This document shows positions 25,732 to 36,499 of a DNA stretch of 64,000 nucleotides, piece by piece. This stretch comes from Gnetum montanum. Its lineage: Eukaryota > Plantae > Gnetophyta. The position numbers and the translations under genes were made by a program. Within the stretch, counting starts at the first letter, position 1, and the number at the start of each line of letters is the position of its first letter. Where the stretch lies: NCBI GenBank assembly GCA_015680685.1, contig MNCI01001868.1, forward strand, positions 615,420 through 679,419, read 5' to 3'. The notes under the pieces are model-generated. The model ran no database searches and was not told the origin of the DNA. It was given only the letters and a program-made list of their open reading frames with translations.

Positions 25732-26431
25732 TGATGAGACACGATTCGCATAGGCCGCAATATCGCATCCCCCGTGATATCGCGTATGTGATATCGTGTC
25801 TTCCCTACGATATTGCGTATGTGATATTGTAGTCCGTCGCCATATCTATAAATAATAGGCGGCTCTCCCTTGTTTCGTTATTAGGAGTTAGAAGTATCGA
25901 AACTCTGGTAGTTTGATCCCTCCAGAGTTAGATTATTTTTCCCGTGTCTACCCACATTGTGGTGAATGTAATTGTACGGTGTCTCTATTTGAGTGTGACG
26001 TACTTGGACACACACATGACCAGCAATAAAGATCGAGATTACTTCATCATTGCAGCATTCACTTTGTTATTTATTTGATTGTTTATTTATTTAATGGTAT
26101 TTACTATTTTCTCTCTCTCACCCTTAAACTCCTAGAACGTGGAATGAGTATGACTTGATTACGAGCATTTAAGTGTGACTACTTGGTAACCCAGTGGCGT
26201 ATCTAGGATCTACGCTTGGTAACCCAGTGGCNAGGAACACATCATACACCTCATTTGGCCTAAATCATATGTGACAAATATACAATACTAGTCCAGGTGG
26301 GAAGACAGCGAACTGCGACCTAAGGATAACTGTCTAGGTGCCACAACTAGTCCATCTATGGAGTTCGACTGGATCGCGCGTGCGATGCTCATTTCATATG
26401 GTTGAGTGTAGGGGTACCTCGCCACTCATCA
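25732..26431 (+). repeat. 3' LTR (about 230 bp missing at the n, 26232)
   Basis: TGATGAG..CTCATCA, homologous to the 5' LTR, followed by the TSD. Confidence 0.95.
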
Positions 26432-28899
26432 CTTTGTAACCCCATCCCCATAAGCCTTGAGGAAAAACTTCATTGTAAATGTGAGGATTGTAACCCATGT
26501 GATGTAATATCACATACTTTATACTTTTGGGACTAAAAAATGCCTAATAAGTGGTTAAATCCTCATTCTCCAAGTGAAAAAAAAGTCATGTAATATCTAT
26601 ATTCTAGCTTGGGATGATTAAAAATGTCTTTTGGGATGCCAAAATTGGTATTTTGATGGGTTTTATTTTGGGGGGATGGTATAGCATTTTCTATAATAAA
26701 GGCACCTGCATGTGGGTCAAACTCATGTACCCCCATAATGAAGGGATGTGGTAGCATCTATGCTTAGCATGGAGGGTGTGACAACATCTATGCTCAATGT
26801 GGGGGCAGTGTTGACACATCAACCCCCCAACATTGATGCATCACCTCTAGTGTGGATACTTCATGCCCCCAGCATGCATACTTCATGGCCAAGATTCAAG
26901 CATTGCATCAACTTTAGCAAGGATTCTGCACATCAACATTGATGTTTGGAAGGCCCATCATGGGTGGACAAAGCTAGCGTGGATAAAATTACTATTTACT
27001 CTTTTAGTTAATGGAATGACCATTGGGGTATAACACTTACAATATATGGTAACCCTCCTTGATTTGGACATCCACTTTACTTGAGTGTAGTATAAATTTG
27101 TAGCCAATTTGCCAATAATTTGTAGTACCAATTCAGTCAAATTGTAGCAAAGATTATGGACAAAACCCTATAAAAGCCAATTTTCTACACCATTGAAGGG
27201 TTCCACTCTTTTGGCATTAGCACCCTTAGCATTTTTTAGCATCCAAGAACTCTTGCAACCAGGCAAAAATGTAGCATCTTGGAGCACCCTAGCATGGAAC
27301 CCCCATAGGCATCTTTACCCCCCATAGCCTGTTACCCTCTTTTTGATTTGTGGAATTTTGGCTTCTACACTGAGCACCTAGGAATAAAAAATCCCAACAT
27401 TGATCACTCTAGTAGCCAAATCCCTCACATTTCTCATCCTCATACATAAGCAATGTAGTAGATCTGGTTCAAGAGTAGCAAAGGTTTGAAAGTGTTGGGA
27501 GTGGTAGGACCTCTAGAATGGAGTTGGTTGCAGAAGATCCAACGAATCCTAAACCCCCATCCAAGTGGACCCCTTTGCTACAATAAGCAATCTTGTACAC
27601 ATTTTTTGTACTCCAATTATTTTTGTTCAAATAAAGTTTACAATTTCATTTATGTGCAAGTTTGTTTGTTTATTTCATTTCATTGCAATTTCTCTTCAAG
27701 AATTGGTACTTTGCATTTTTATTTTTTATTACCTCCATTTGCATTTTGTAAGTCCCTATGTGATCTACCAAACTATCCAAGGCATCAAGGAACTCATTGT
27801 TTGTGGAGGCCCTAGAGATCTGAGGTTAAAAATTGTGTTGTTGGGGGTTCTCATTTCCTTCATCATCTAAGGTTTTCTATTACAATAGTTTTTTTGGTGT
27901 TATAAGAAGGGCATTCACCCATTTTCTTCATCAAAACCTATTTGTCCCATTGACAACATTGACCTACAATTTTTAAGTATGCATTTCTTTAGCCAAAACC
28001 TTTAAGATCCTTGTAAAAATCAATGCTAACCCCCATACCCCATGCAACCAAAGCCCAATGTGGAAGTTGTAGGTGTTTAGGCTTTTAAAATTTTCACAAT
28101 AGTTGTTGTGAAGTTTCTAAAGCTAACATTGTTTTTATTTCCTAGTTTTCCCCCCTTTTTGTTACCAAATACTTCAATAAGGCCAGTGGTGATGGTTTCA
28201 ACACCCAAGCCTCCATCCCCCCTGTAGAGAATTTCTATCAGCAAAAGCAGCCTAGATAACCTTTGTAAAACCCACTTTTCTTTGTTTTTGACCACAAAGT
28301 TACTTTCCAAAAAGTAAACTCTCTTTTACCAACATTGGGAAGAGAGGTGTAAGACCTCCCATCTTATCCTCTTTTTCTTGTGCACTGCACCTAGTGTAGA
28401 GGCAATTAGGAAGCCCAATGTGGGTGGGGTTTAATACCACGTTTTTCTATTTTTAGTAAAGGGTTATACCCCCTTTGACAACCACCTTACTATTTATAGT
28501 AAGTAGCCTATTTTCAATAATTTTTTCAATTTTCAGCCATTTTGAAATTCCACTTATTGGAATTTTCACTTTATATAACCTTTTACAATCCCTCTTAGCC
28601 ATTTTTAGCACTTTTCACCATGTCATTTTAGCAGTCAACCAAGTTACCTTTTACATTCACTGACAATGTGTCTAATTAGTAGGCCATGAGGGTATATGAC
28701 GCTAAGGATCCTACTGTGCTCAAGTATAGGCAATCCTTGAGGCTTAGGGGATGAAGTCCTAAATTTTTTTCTCATAAACAAAGATCACTATAACTACATT
28801 TGTGCCAAAATCCATGTTGACATGTTGATTCCACATGCAGAAGCAGAACCAAAAAGGGAGTATGAGCTCATACACCAAGATGGAAAGGAGTACATTCCT

Positions 28900-31800
28900 T
28901 CTCTGTATGACCAAATACACTTAACATGTGTCTATGCCAAAATTATATCTCAACAATTGAGATGGATGAAGAGGATGAGAAGCATAGCTTAGAGGAGTAG
29001 CATGAAGAGGAGGATGAACTTAGGGTAGAGCCTGAGCATAAAAACATCCTAGGAGGGTTGTTCTAATAAACAACACCCAAATCCACAATACATTCCTCTA
29101 CCCCCTTTGTCTCCTCCATGGGCTAAATGCCACCATCCTCTACCCCTTCCTACCCAACCATGTTTGGTCCCACACCAATCATTGCTACGCACCAAACATA
29201 ATTGGTGCCACAGTCAACCACATTTAACTTTTCCATAACATTTACCACCTAGCCACTATTCATACAACCTTCTTCAGCGGTTGTCACCACTACCAACCTA
29301 TTAATCAATTAGGAGGGATCCACCATGAAACTCTAAGGTCACACATCCCTTTTGTTTTGTTTGTGCCACAAATACCAACACAAACATTTTTCTTCTTGTT
29401 TGGCCCACCAACCACAATAATAACCCAACCTTTGCCCTCTATTCTATTGCAATAGCAAGGCCACAATCCTCTCAAAAAAAATTCCACAACTATTTGTGCA
29501 AACCCTATAGGCAACAGGGGCCCATATGACCTAGATCAAGCCTTCCAAATCATCTAGGACCTGATGGAAGAGTTCTACAACTCAAAGAGTCAAGATTATG
29601 GACTTTTACTAAGATAATCCCATCAGTCCTATGGTCCTACCCTTAATGCTTCCTCTTGGTGTATGTACCCCTCAATTTAGCAAGTACAATAAAGAAGGTA
29701 ATCCTAATGCTCACGTTATAACCTTTTAATTCAGGTACTTGTTGTTGCAACTATAGCCACACACCATAATGAAGATCATCCCTATGTCCCTGATAGGGAA
29801 AGCACTTAACTAGTACCATGCCTTATTTAGAGGATTTATATCCTCTTTGGAAGACTTGATAGCCCTATTTGTTAACTTCATCAAGTACAACTTGAAGCCT
29901 AACACCATACTTGACTAGCTAATAAAGGTCAAGAAAGGACCACTTGAACCAGTATAGAAGTTCATCCAATGATGGGATGGTCTGCTAAAGAGATACTAGA
30001 TCCTATAGCTAAAATCCATCTTTTTGCTATATTTAAGAGGATAGTTAATGATTTTATCAAGTCTAAGCTATACTACCTTGACTCATGATCCCTTAGTCAA
30101 GCATTTTCCTAGACTAAAAACATATAGGATTTTGTGGAACCTAGTCACAACTCTTCTTACAAAGCATACAAGAACCAACACATGTTGAGAGATAAGGAGA
30201 AAGGTAAGAAAAATAACATAGCTATGGAAATAGTGGCCAAAGAAGCCAAAATGACTAACTAGGAACTAAGAAACAATTAACCCAAGGTCCCTACTAACAA
30301 CCATGATAGCCAAACATCAACCTTTGGGGCCATTGCATTGGCTACTCCTAAGACTAGCTTTGAGCAGAAGGACAAGACAAAATATACTAGTTTGCCTTTA
30401 AATCCATCTGAACTCTTGGATCAACTATTAAAGAGTGGGAGGATCCAATACAAGAAAATGTCAAAAGCTACTTGTAAAAATCTTGAAAGGCTATGTGAGA
30501 TAGCCAAGGATCCCACTCAAGAAACTAAGGATGGCCCTGAGTTGCCCAAGTATTTCAAGCTTGATTGCTTCTACCACTACCATCAATTGCCTAGTCATGA
30601 CACTGACTTTTGCCTCATGCTAAAGAATGACCTACAAAAGATGATAGAAAAAGGCAAGTTGATCCTTGATGCATCTAACTCTATCCAACCACAAAACTAG
30701 TCAATGCATGTGTACAAGAACCTATTGAATATTAATAACTACTCATACATTATATTAGCATTCAACATTAATGATAATAATAGCCTTGTTATGGTTCAGG
30801 TACCCCCTCATAATGAAAGAGGCTCTCTAGCTTCCACTAGTTCAAGATCCACGTTTGTTATAAGATTACCACCACCAATGCCTCCTAGGGATTCTTTTGT
30901 CGTCAAGGTACCCCAACCAACCACAACCTAATCAAAACCTATAACTAGAAAAAAAACTCCTATGATGAATAATGTCATGGCTTCTTCCTCACAACTAACA
31001 AACAACAACCAAAAATCCTCAACCAAGCATAGGAAGAAGCCTAAGCAAAAGACAAACAATAAAGATGACCAACAAGTTGAAGCATAGAAGAAGGTGGACC
31101 CACCACTCCTATATCATCTGTGTCCATTACCTCATTAACTTAGGTTGCTTCAACAAGTAAACCACAGGATGACCCCAAAGGCCAAGAGATAAAGAAATAG
31201 GAGAAGCCACAATAACCCTAGGTTGAAGTACATATTTTGGTGTGCATGGAAGAAGTAAAGCACAACTGAGGTGACAAGCCCATGGCCAATGATACAAACT
31301 TCCTTAGTACAATGGAAAAAGTCAAGTAGTCTCTCAGAAAAAAGAACACAACCTTGAGCATGTATGAATTGATCGTGAAACACTAGTCAAGATGTTAACT
31401 TTCATCCTCGTTAGTGAAGACATTCTAGCTAATGAGGAATTAATCCATGCAGTGATGGTTCCCTATTCACCAAGGAAGATGAAGTCAACATCACTAGTAT
31501 TTCATGATAGTGAGGTCAAGATGAGTCCTTGAAATGATGAAGTAACAAGGGCTCCTCTTTTATCACCATATGGGTAGTCCAGTACAAGTTGCATCAAGTG
31601 CATGTGAATGATAGAACTATGACAAATGTTATTCCATGCACTATAGTTGAACATTTAGGCTTGATCAAGTAGATGCAACATACAACAACCATTTCTCTCA
31701 AGCATTTTAATGGATCATAGGTCACTACTAAGGGGTCAATCTCCTTAGACTTCATGGCAAGGGAACAGTTCCTTGCAACTATGGATTTCTTAGTGGTAGA

Positions 31801-31900
31801 GGAAACACAAGGTTCAACCTCATCTTGGATAAGCCTTGGTTAGCTTAATTGTGAGCCATCTCCTCAACAATCCACTTAGAAACCCACCTAGCAGTCAACA
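28900..31900 (+). pseudogene. Decayed Tat/Ogre-like gag-protease
   Basis: PQFSKYNKEGNPNAHV..IPMSLIGKALN.Y gag core; YHQLPSHDTDFCLMLK..LQKMIEKGKL zinc-knuckle region; degenerate protease near 31580-31850. Confidence 0.75.
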
Positions 31901-32424
31901 ATGTGGATGTAGAACGAGGGTTTAAAGCGGAGTTTCAAGATGAAACTCCTAGCCATGAAGTTAAGCAACCTGAGAGAGAGGGAAAAGCCAAAGATGATAA
32001 TGATGGATAATAGGACATGTTATGGGAAGAACTCCCTTTAACATCATGAGTTAAGGAGATGGGGAGTATAAATTTGTGCAAAGCAAGCCTTATAAATGTC
32101 CTAATATTTTAAAGATTAGGAAGAATTTACACAAATAATGCACATTATGATCCTTCCACATGATGTCCTTATAACTTTGTAACCATATGTAGCCATATCC
32201 AACTAGCCTAGATTTTTCTTGTTGCTTGTTTATATCTTTTTACTTGCCTTATTTGAACCTTTTTTCACATATAGCCTAAGATTTACTTTTTCTTGCATTT
32301 TTATTTATTAAAGCCTTTTTCTTTCTTTGTTTTTCTTTTTTAGCATAATATAAACATGGAAAACAATAAATTTTTTGAAACACGAAATAAAAAATTTTAT
32401 ATCTTTTCTTGTAGCCTTAGCTTG

Positions 32425-32595
32425 TCAAGGCCTAAAATTGGCAAATATCTTTCTACAACCAAGTGTCCATGGCCCACCATGGCCTAAAACTGGCAACATC
32501 CTTTACAACACATGGCCCTCCATGACTTAAAACTAACAACACACATTTATAACTGCATAACATATGGCTTGCCATGGCCTAAAATTGATAAGCAT
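32425..32595 (+). repeat. 4 copies of CCATGRCYTAAAACTGGCAA-like motif
   Basis: Related to the repeats at 1358-1601. Confidence 0.75.
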
Positions 32596-33326
32596 CTTTC
32601 TATCCTATTTACATTTTAGCCTAATCTTCTAGCCATTTTAACCATAATAGCCATTTACAATGTTTATAGAATTAAAAATGTAAAAACCATAAAACCATGA
32701 TAAATTTATAGTACTAGAAAAATATATAGAAAAAAATGAAATTAAAAATTAAAATTTAAAACATTTATAATAATACATAGCCATAGCCACACTATGTGGC
32801 AAAGTGTCTAAATAATAATAAACAATAATAATCTATAACAAAGTCTTGACTAACAATATCCATCAACATCAACAACAAGAAAGCTAAGATGGGCAAATGG
32901 AGGATGCTAAGGGACATTTGGAGGAGGAAGTTTTGGGTCATCTCCAACCTCACCGTTGGGGCTTCTGATGTCTCCTAATGTCTAAAACACAACATAAAGC
33001 CAATCAATAATCAACAACCAAATTTATAACTTAAACATGACCAAAATTAAAACAAAAATATAAATACATCATACTTGTGGGGAAGCTAGCTTGATAACTT
33101 CTAGGAGAAGATGTTGAGGACCAATCTCCAAACGATGGAGAATTTGGCCTTCTATCATGTTGGCCTAGTCATGTTCCCAAAATTAATTCATGTAACGATG
33201 TTTGTTGGGTCCACCACGGTCCAATCTAGTGGGTCCTATGAAATTGTAGCCATGGAAGTCTTACCTACAGGCTTAGTGATCTTAGAACTTGGGGATTTGG
33301 ATACCATGAGCATGCTTTCAAAGAGC

Positions 33327-34840
33327 TGGTAAGCACTCTCAACCTAAATCCCCTAGTGTTGGCAACCGTTTTGGATGCGACCACCAACGAGTGTCCTCGA
33401 ACAAGATTTAGGTGCTTGTTGGTCTCTGGCAACACCAAGGCCCAGATACCTCCAAATAGACTCAATAGTTAATGTAAGTATGTGTGTGTGTTGTTGCGGT
33501 GTGCGATTGTAAAAAATGAAACGATTACGTTGTGTGCAAACTACAAATGACTTATTAATAAGAGATTCAGCCAACTTTGCCAAGTACTGTGAGCTATTGA
33601 GAGTTCCTATTTTGTTCAATTCCCTAGTCTACGTGGTCCTTATAATACCTACTTGTAACAAATAAAGTTTTGCAAAAACATTTGAGCACAATTCTGTGAA
33701 TCTACTTCTAATTTTCCCTAGAGAAAGAGATAGTTCCACAAGAAAACTAGAAATAGAGCAAGATTCAATGGAAATAGACAGAAGAGAAAAAGAAAGCAGA
33801 TTTGTGTAAAGATCTCAAATGCTTAAACAAGGTAAAATTATACGAGTAAACACTTCGCAATAAAGCTATCCCAAATTCAATAACTATGAATTGTTCAAAC
33901 TTCCAAGGCTCAAATAAGCAATTTCTTCAAGACAATCCTACTATGCTACTCAAAAATTGTTGTGTAACTATCACGTACCAGACTCTATTTTAGCTAAATA
34001 ATGGATGTCAACAATTGCATTTAACAGAACCTTCAAAAGACTTGACAATTTCTGATTGAAATACCACGGAGATTTACTTTAAAGATAAAAGAAGCTATTC
34101 TGGTCCTATCAAAATACCAAAGATTTTCTGAACCCTCTTGACTATTGAATCGTTCAACGGCTTAACTACATGCAGAGGCTCTCTTACAACAATCTCAATA
34201 GTAGTTCTTATACATTGCTCAATAATAAAATTTACTACTAAAATGCTCTTAAGGCTTTCAAACACAAGCTCTTTTATGGAAAAATTTTCATAGAAATTTT
34301 CTATCGTGCAATAAGAACAATAAGAGCAATCTAAAAATCCCAAAATTACTTGCCAAGCATGATACTATCTAAACCACTAGCTAAAAAATTTAAAAAAAAT
34401 AAGAAATAATAAGCATAACTCACAGGACTATGACAAAGAGGCTGAAATGTTGTCTTCAGCAAGTCATCTTACAAGCAATCTTTCACAATTTCTTCTTTAC
34501 AATGCTCTTCCCAAGAATGTGTGATCCCCAAAAGTCCCTTTTCCCTTCTAACCCCTGAAGCCTTTTATAGGGTTCAAAAGGTAGATAGGTTTCCCAAAAT
34601 ATCTTGGCTAACTTCTCTCCCAAGTAAGGAAGTTATAACTTTCCCAACAAGTTAGGAGATATTACTTTCCCAACAAGTTAGGAAGTTGTAACTTATACAT
34701 GAAGTTAGGAGAAAATCATGCTAACATTGGCATGTGTTTTTGGTGATTTAAAATTAGCTACAATTATCATGGAATTTTATAATCTTCCATATGAATAAAA
34801 TGGATACTAACTAAATGTCCCCTTTATATAGGATGTTACA
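33327..34840 (-). mobile_element. Gypsy (Tekay-like) LTR fragment
   Basis: Terminus tgtaacatcc on minus at 34840; TATA cctataaaagg at ~34561-34571, preceded by tandem ctaacttgttgggaaag repeats; left boundary approximate. Confidence 0.55.
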
Positions 34841-35529
34841 CAAATATCCAAAAAAAATTTCTCTTTTTCAATAATAATAATAATTTGATCAAAGATGGAG
34901 TTGGAGGACATTGGTCATCCCAATATGCTATTCCACTGTACCTACAACTGCACTTTGGGACTGGTTTTGGCCATGAAATCTTTTTAATTTGCTGGAGTTG
35001 GTTTTCCTCTTCTTTGATAGATTTTATTTTCACAACCTTCGACATATATGCTGATCATCTATAGTGAATAAATTAATTATTTTTACCATATATTTCTCCA
35101 GGCGTTAAGCATCATCGTGCAGGTGGGATAGGTGCCGAATCAAGGGTTTGTAAACTATCACGTTGCGAGGGATAAGAGGCGATGCATAGGCGTAGTAGGC
35201 TCCATCGTTGTCATTGCCGTAACTAATGTTATGGATGGCCATCCACATGCTACCACATCGTCCGCCTCATACGCCTATTACCGTCGGTGTTTTTCCATCC
35301 GAAAAGAACTATAACAATTTTCCATCTTTGGAACTTGGCTATCTTGCAAATTTTTGTTTGTGCTAGAAATGGTAGCTGCAGTAATCCGTGTGCTATACCG
35401 TGGCCCTAGCGTTGGTGGGGAGTCCAGATGCTGGGCAACGTCTTCTGTGTTTGCCTTCAAACGCTCGATAATAGAAGATCCACTCATACATTTTCAAACT
35501 GGGATTCGAGGTTTACAGATCCCTGCAAT

Positions 35530-35958
35530 TCGACAGGAATTGTTTGCTTGGGTGGAGATTTCGACAGAGCTGTTGCTGGCTCCCGAGGAGGTCACAGTGA
35601 AGCCGAGAGGGTTGTGCTTGCTGGTGGCCATGGTTTTGATGGGATTGTTGACCTCCTGCAACTGCCCCTACGTGTAGTATTTTGGCAGCATGTGGAACTA
35701 CACTATCTCCATCTTCTCCATTTCCATGAGCGAGTTCAGCGTGCTTGCCTTCAGGTCTGCGAAGGCATCGTCAGAGGGAGCCAGGACAGTCATTCCTTGC
35801 GAATCCACAGGCAAGTCCATCTAAATCTGGTGAATGGCCTACATGCTCTTTGCTAGATTTATGAACATGTTGCATCCCTTTTGCTCTAGAATCTTCATCG
35901 CTATCGTCGTGCCTGCTTCTGACGATGCCACCGGTGCAGTCACTGCTGGTGTCACCAA
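35530..35958 (-). pseudogene. Fasciclin-like arabinogalactan protein (group A FLA) FAS1-domain fragment
   Basis: Minus frame reads ..KILEQKG..FINLAKSM*..QGMTVLAPSDDAFADLKASTLNSL..KMEIV*FHMLPKYYT*GQLQEVNNPIKTMA..VEIST, matching FAS1 H1 (T..APxDxAF) and [YF]H motifs; four TAG stops. Confidence 0.88.
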
Positions 35959-36066
35959 TTTGAGTAATGATGTAACAATTATATTTTCACATTATTTTTA
36001 TATCATGAATTTAGTTGTAGATAGTAAAGCAATGTTATTGATTCACATGTTAAGCTTGAGGGGTGG

Positions 36067-36410
36067 TGTTAAAGATTTGGTATGTTCTAGCAAGCTCAAC
36101 ATGTTAGTTGATATCTATTTTCTATAACACTATGAAATATTGTATATATCGTCACAATGTGCAACACTGTCTATGGAGTTAATGTATTATGATAGTCATT
36201 TGTAATAGTTTGTTAAGTATATTTTAGTTTTCTAACTAATATGAACTATTGTTTGTGTATGTTCATTGTTTTGGCATTATTGTTATGTTTGATCTATATA
36301 AGTAATTGATTATTTATTAGTGTGTGTCTAGTAGTGTATAACATAATAGATACATGTGGTTTATATCTTCTCTTTCTATTTTTACTTCTATTTATACTTG
36401 GTGTATAACA
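36067..36410 (+). mobile_element. Copia-type 3' LTR preceded by PPT
   Basis: aagcttgagggtgg then TGTTA...TAACA; RNase H C-terminus-like sequence just upstream. Confidence 0.65.
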
Positions 36411-36499
36411 CCGTAGTCACCTTATAACTCATGGTTTATATTTATATTTTTCTTTTTTAATTATCAATGAATTATTTTTATTATCCTAGTCCTAGTGAT

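Larger units (their letters stand above)
17987..26431 (+). mobile_element. Full-length Athila-like Ty3/Gypsy LTR retrotransposon, apparently non-autonomous (gag plus extra ORF, no pol seen)
   Basis: Paired LTRs TGATGAG..CTCATCA, 5-bp TSD CTTTG (17982-17986 and 26432-26436), PBS, PPT, gag and env-like ORF remnants. Confidence 0.95.
17130..33326 (+). mobile_element. Tat/Ogre-like host element (promoter units, gag-protease, 3' repeats, antisense ORF), interrupted by the Athila-like insertion
   Basis: Sequence continues across TSD CTTTG; shares AGCGTAG-derived motifs and 3' repeats with the element at 1-5700; gag/protease remnants at 28.9-31.9 kb; outer boundaries approximate. Confidence 0.55.

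Noticed and set aside
35354-35856. Plus-strand ORFs of 107 and 142 aa
   Set aside because: Shadow frames antisense to the GC-rich FLA pseudogene
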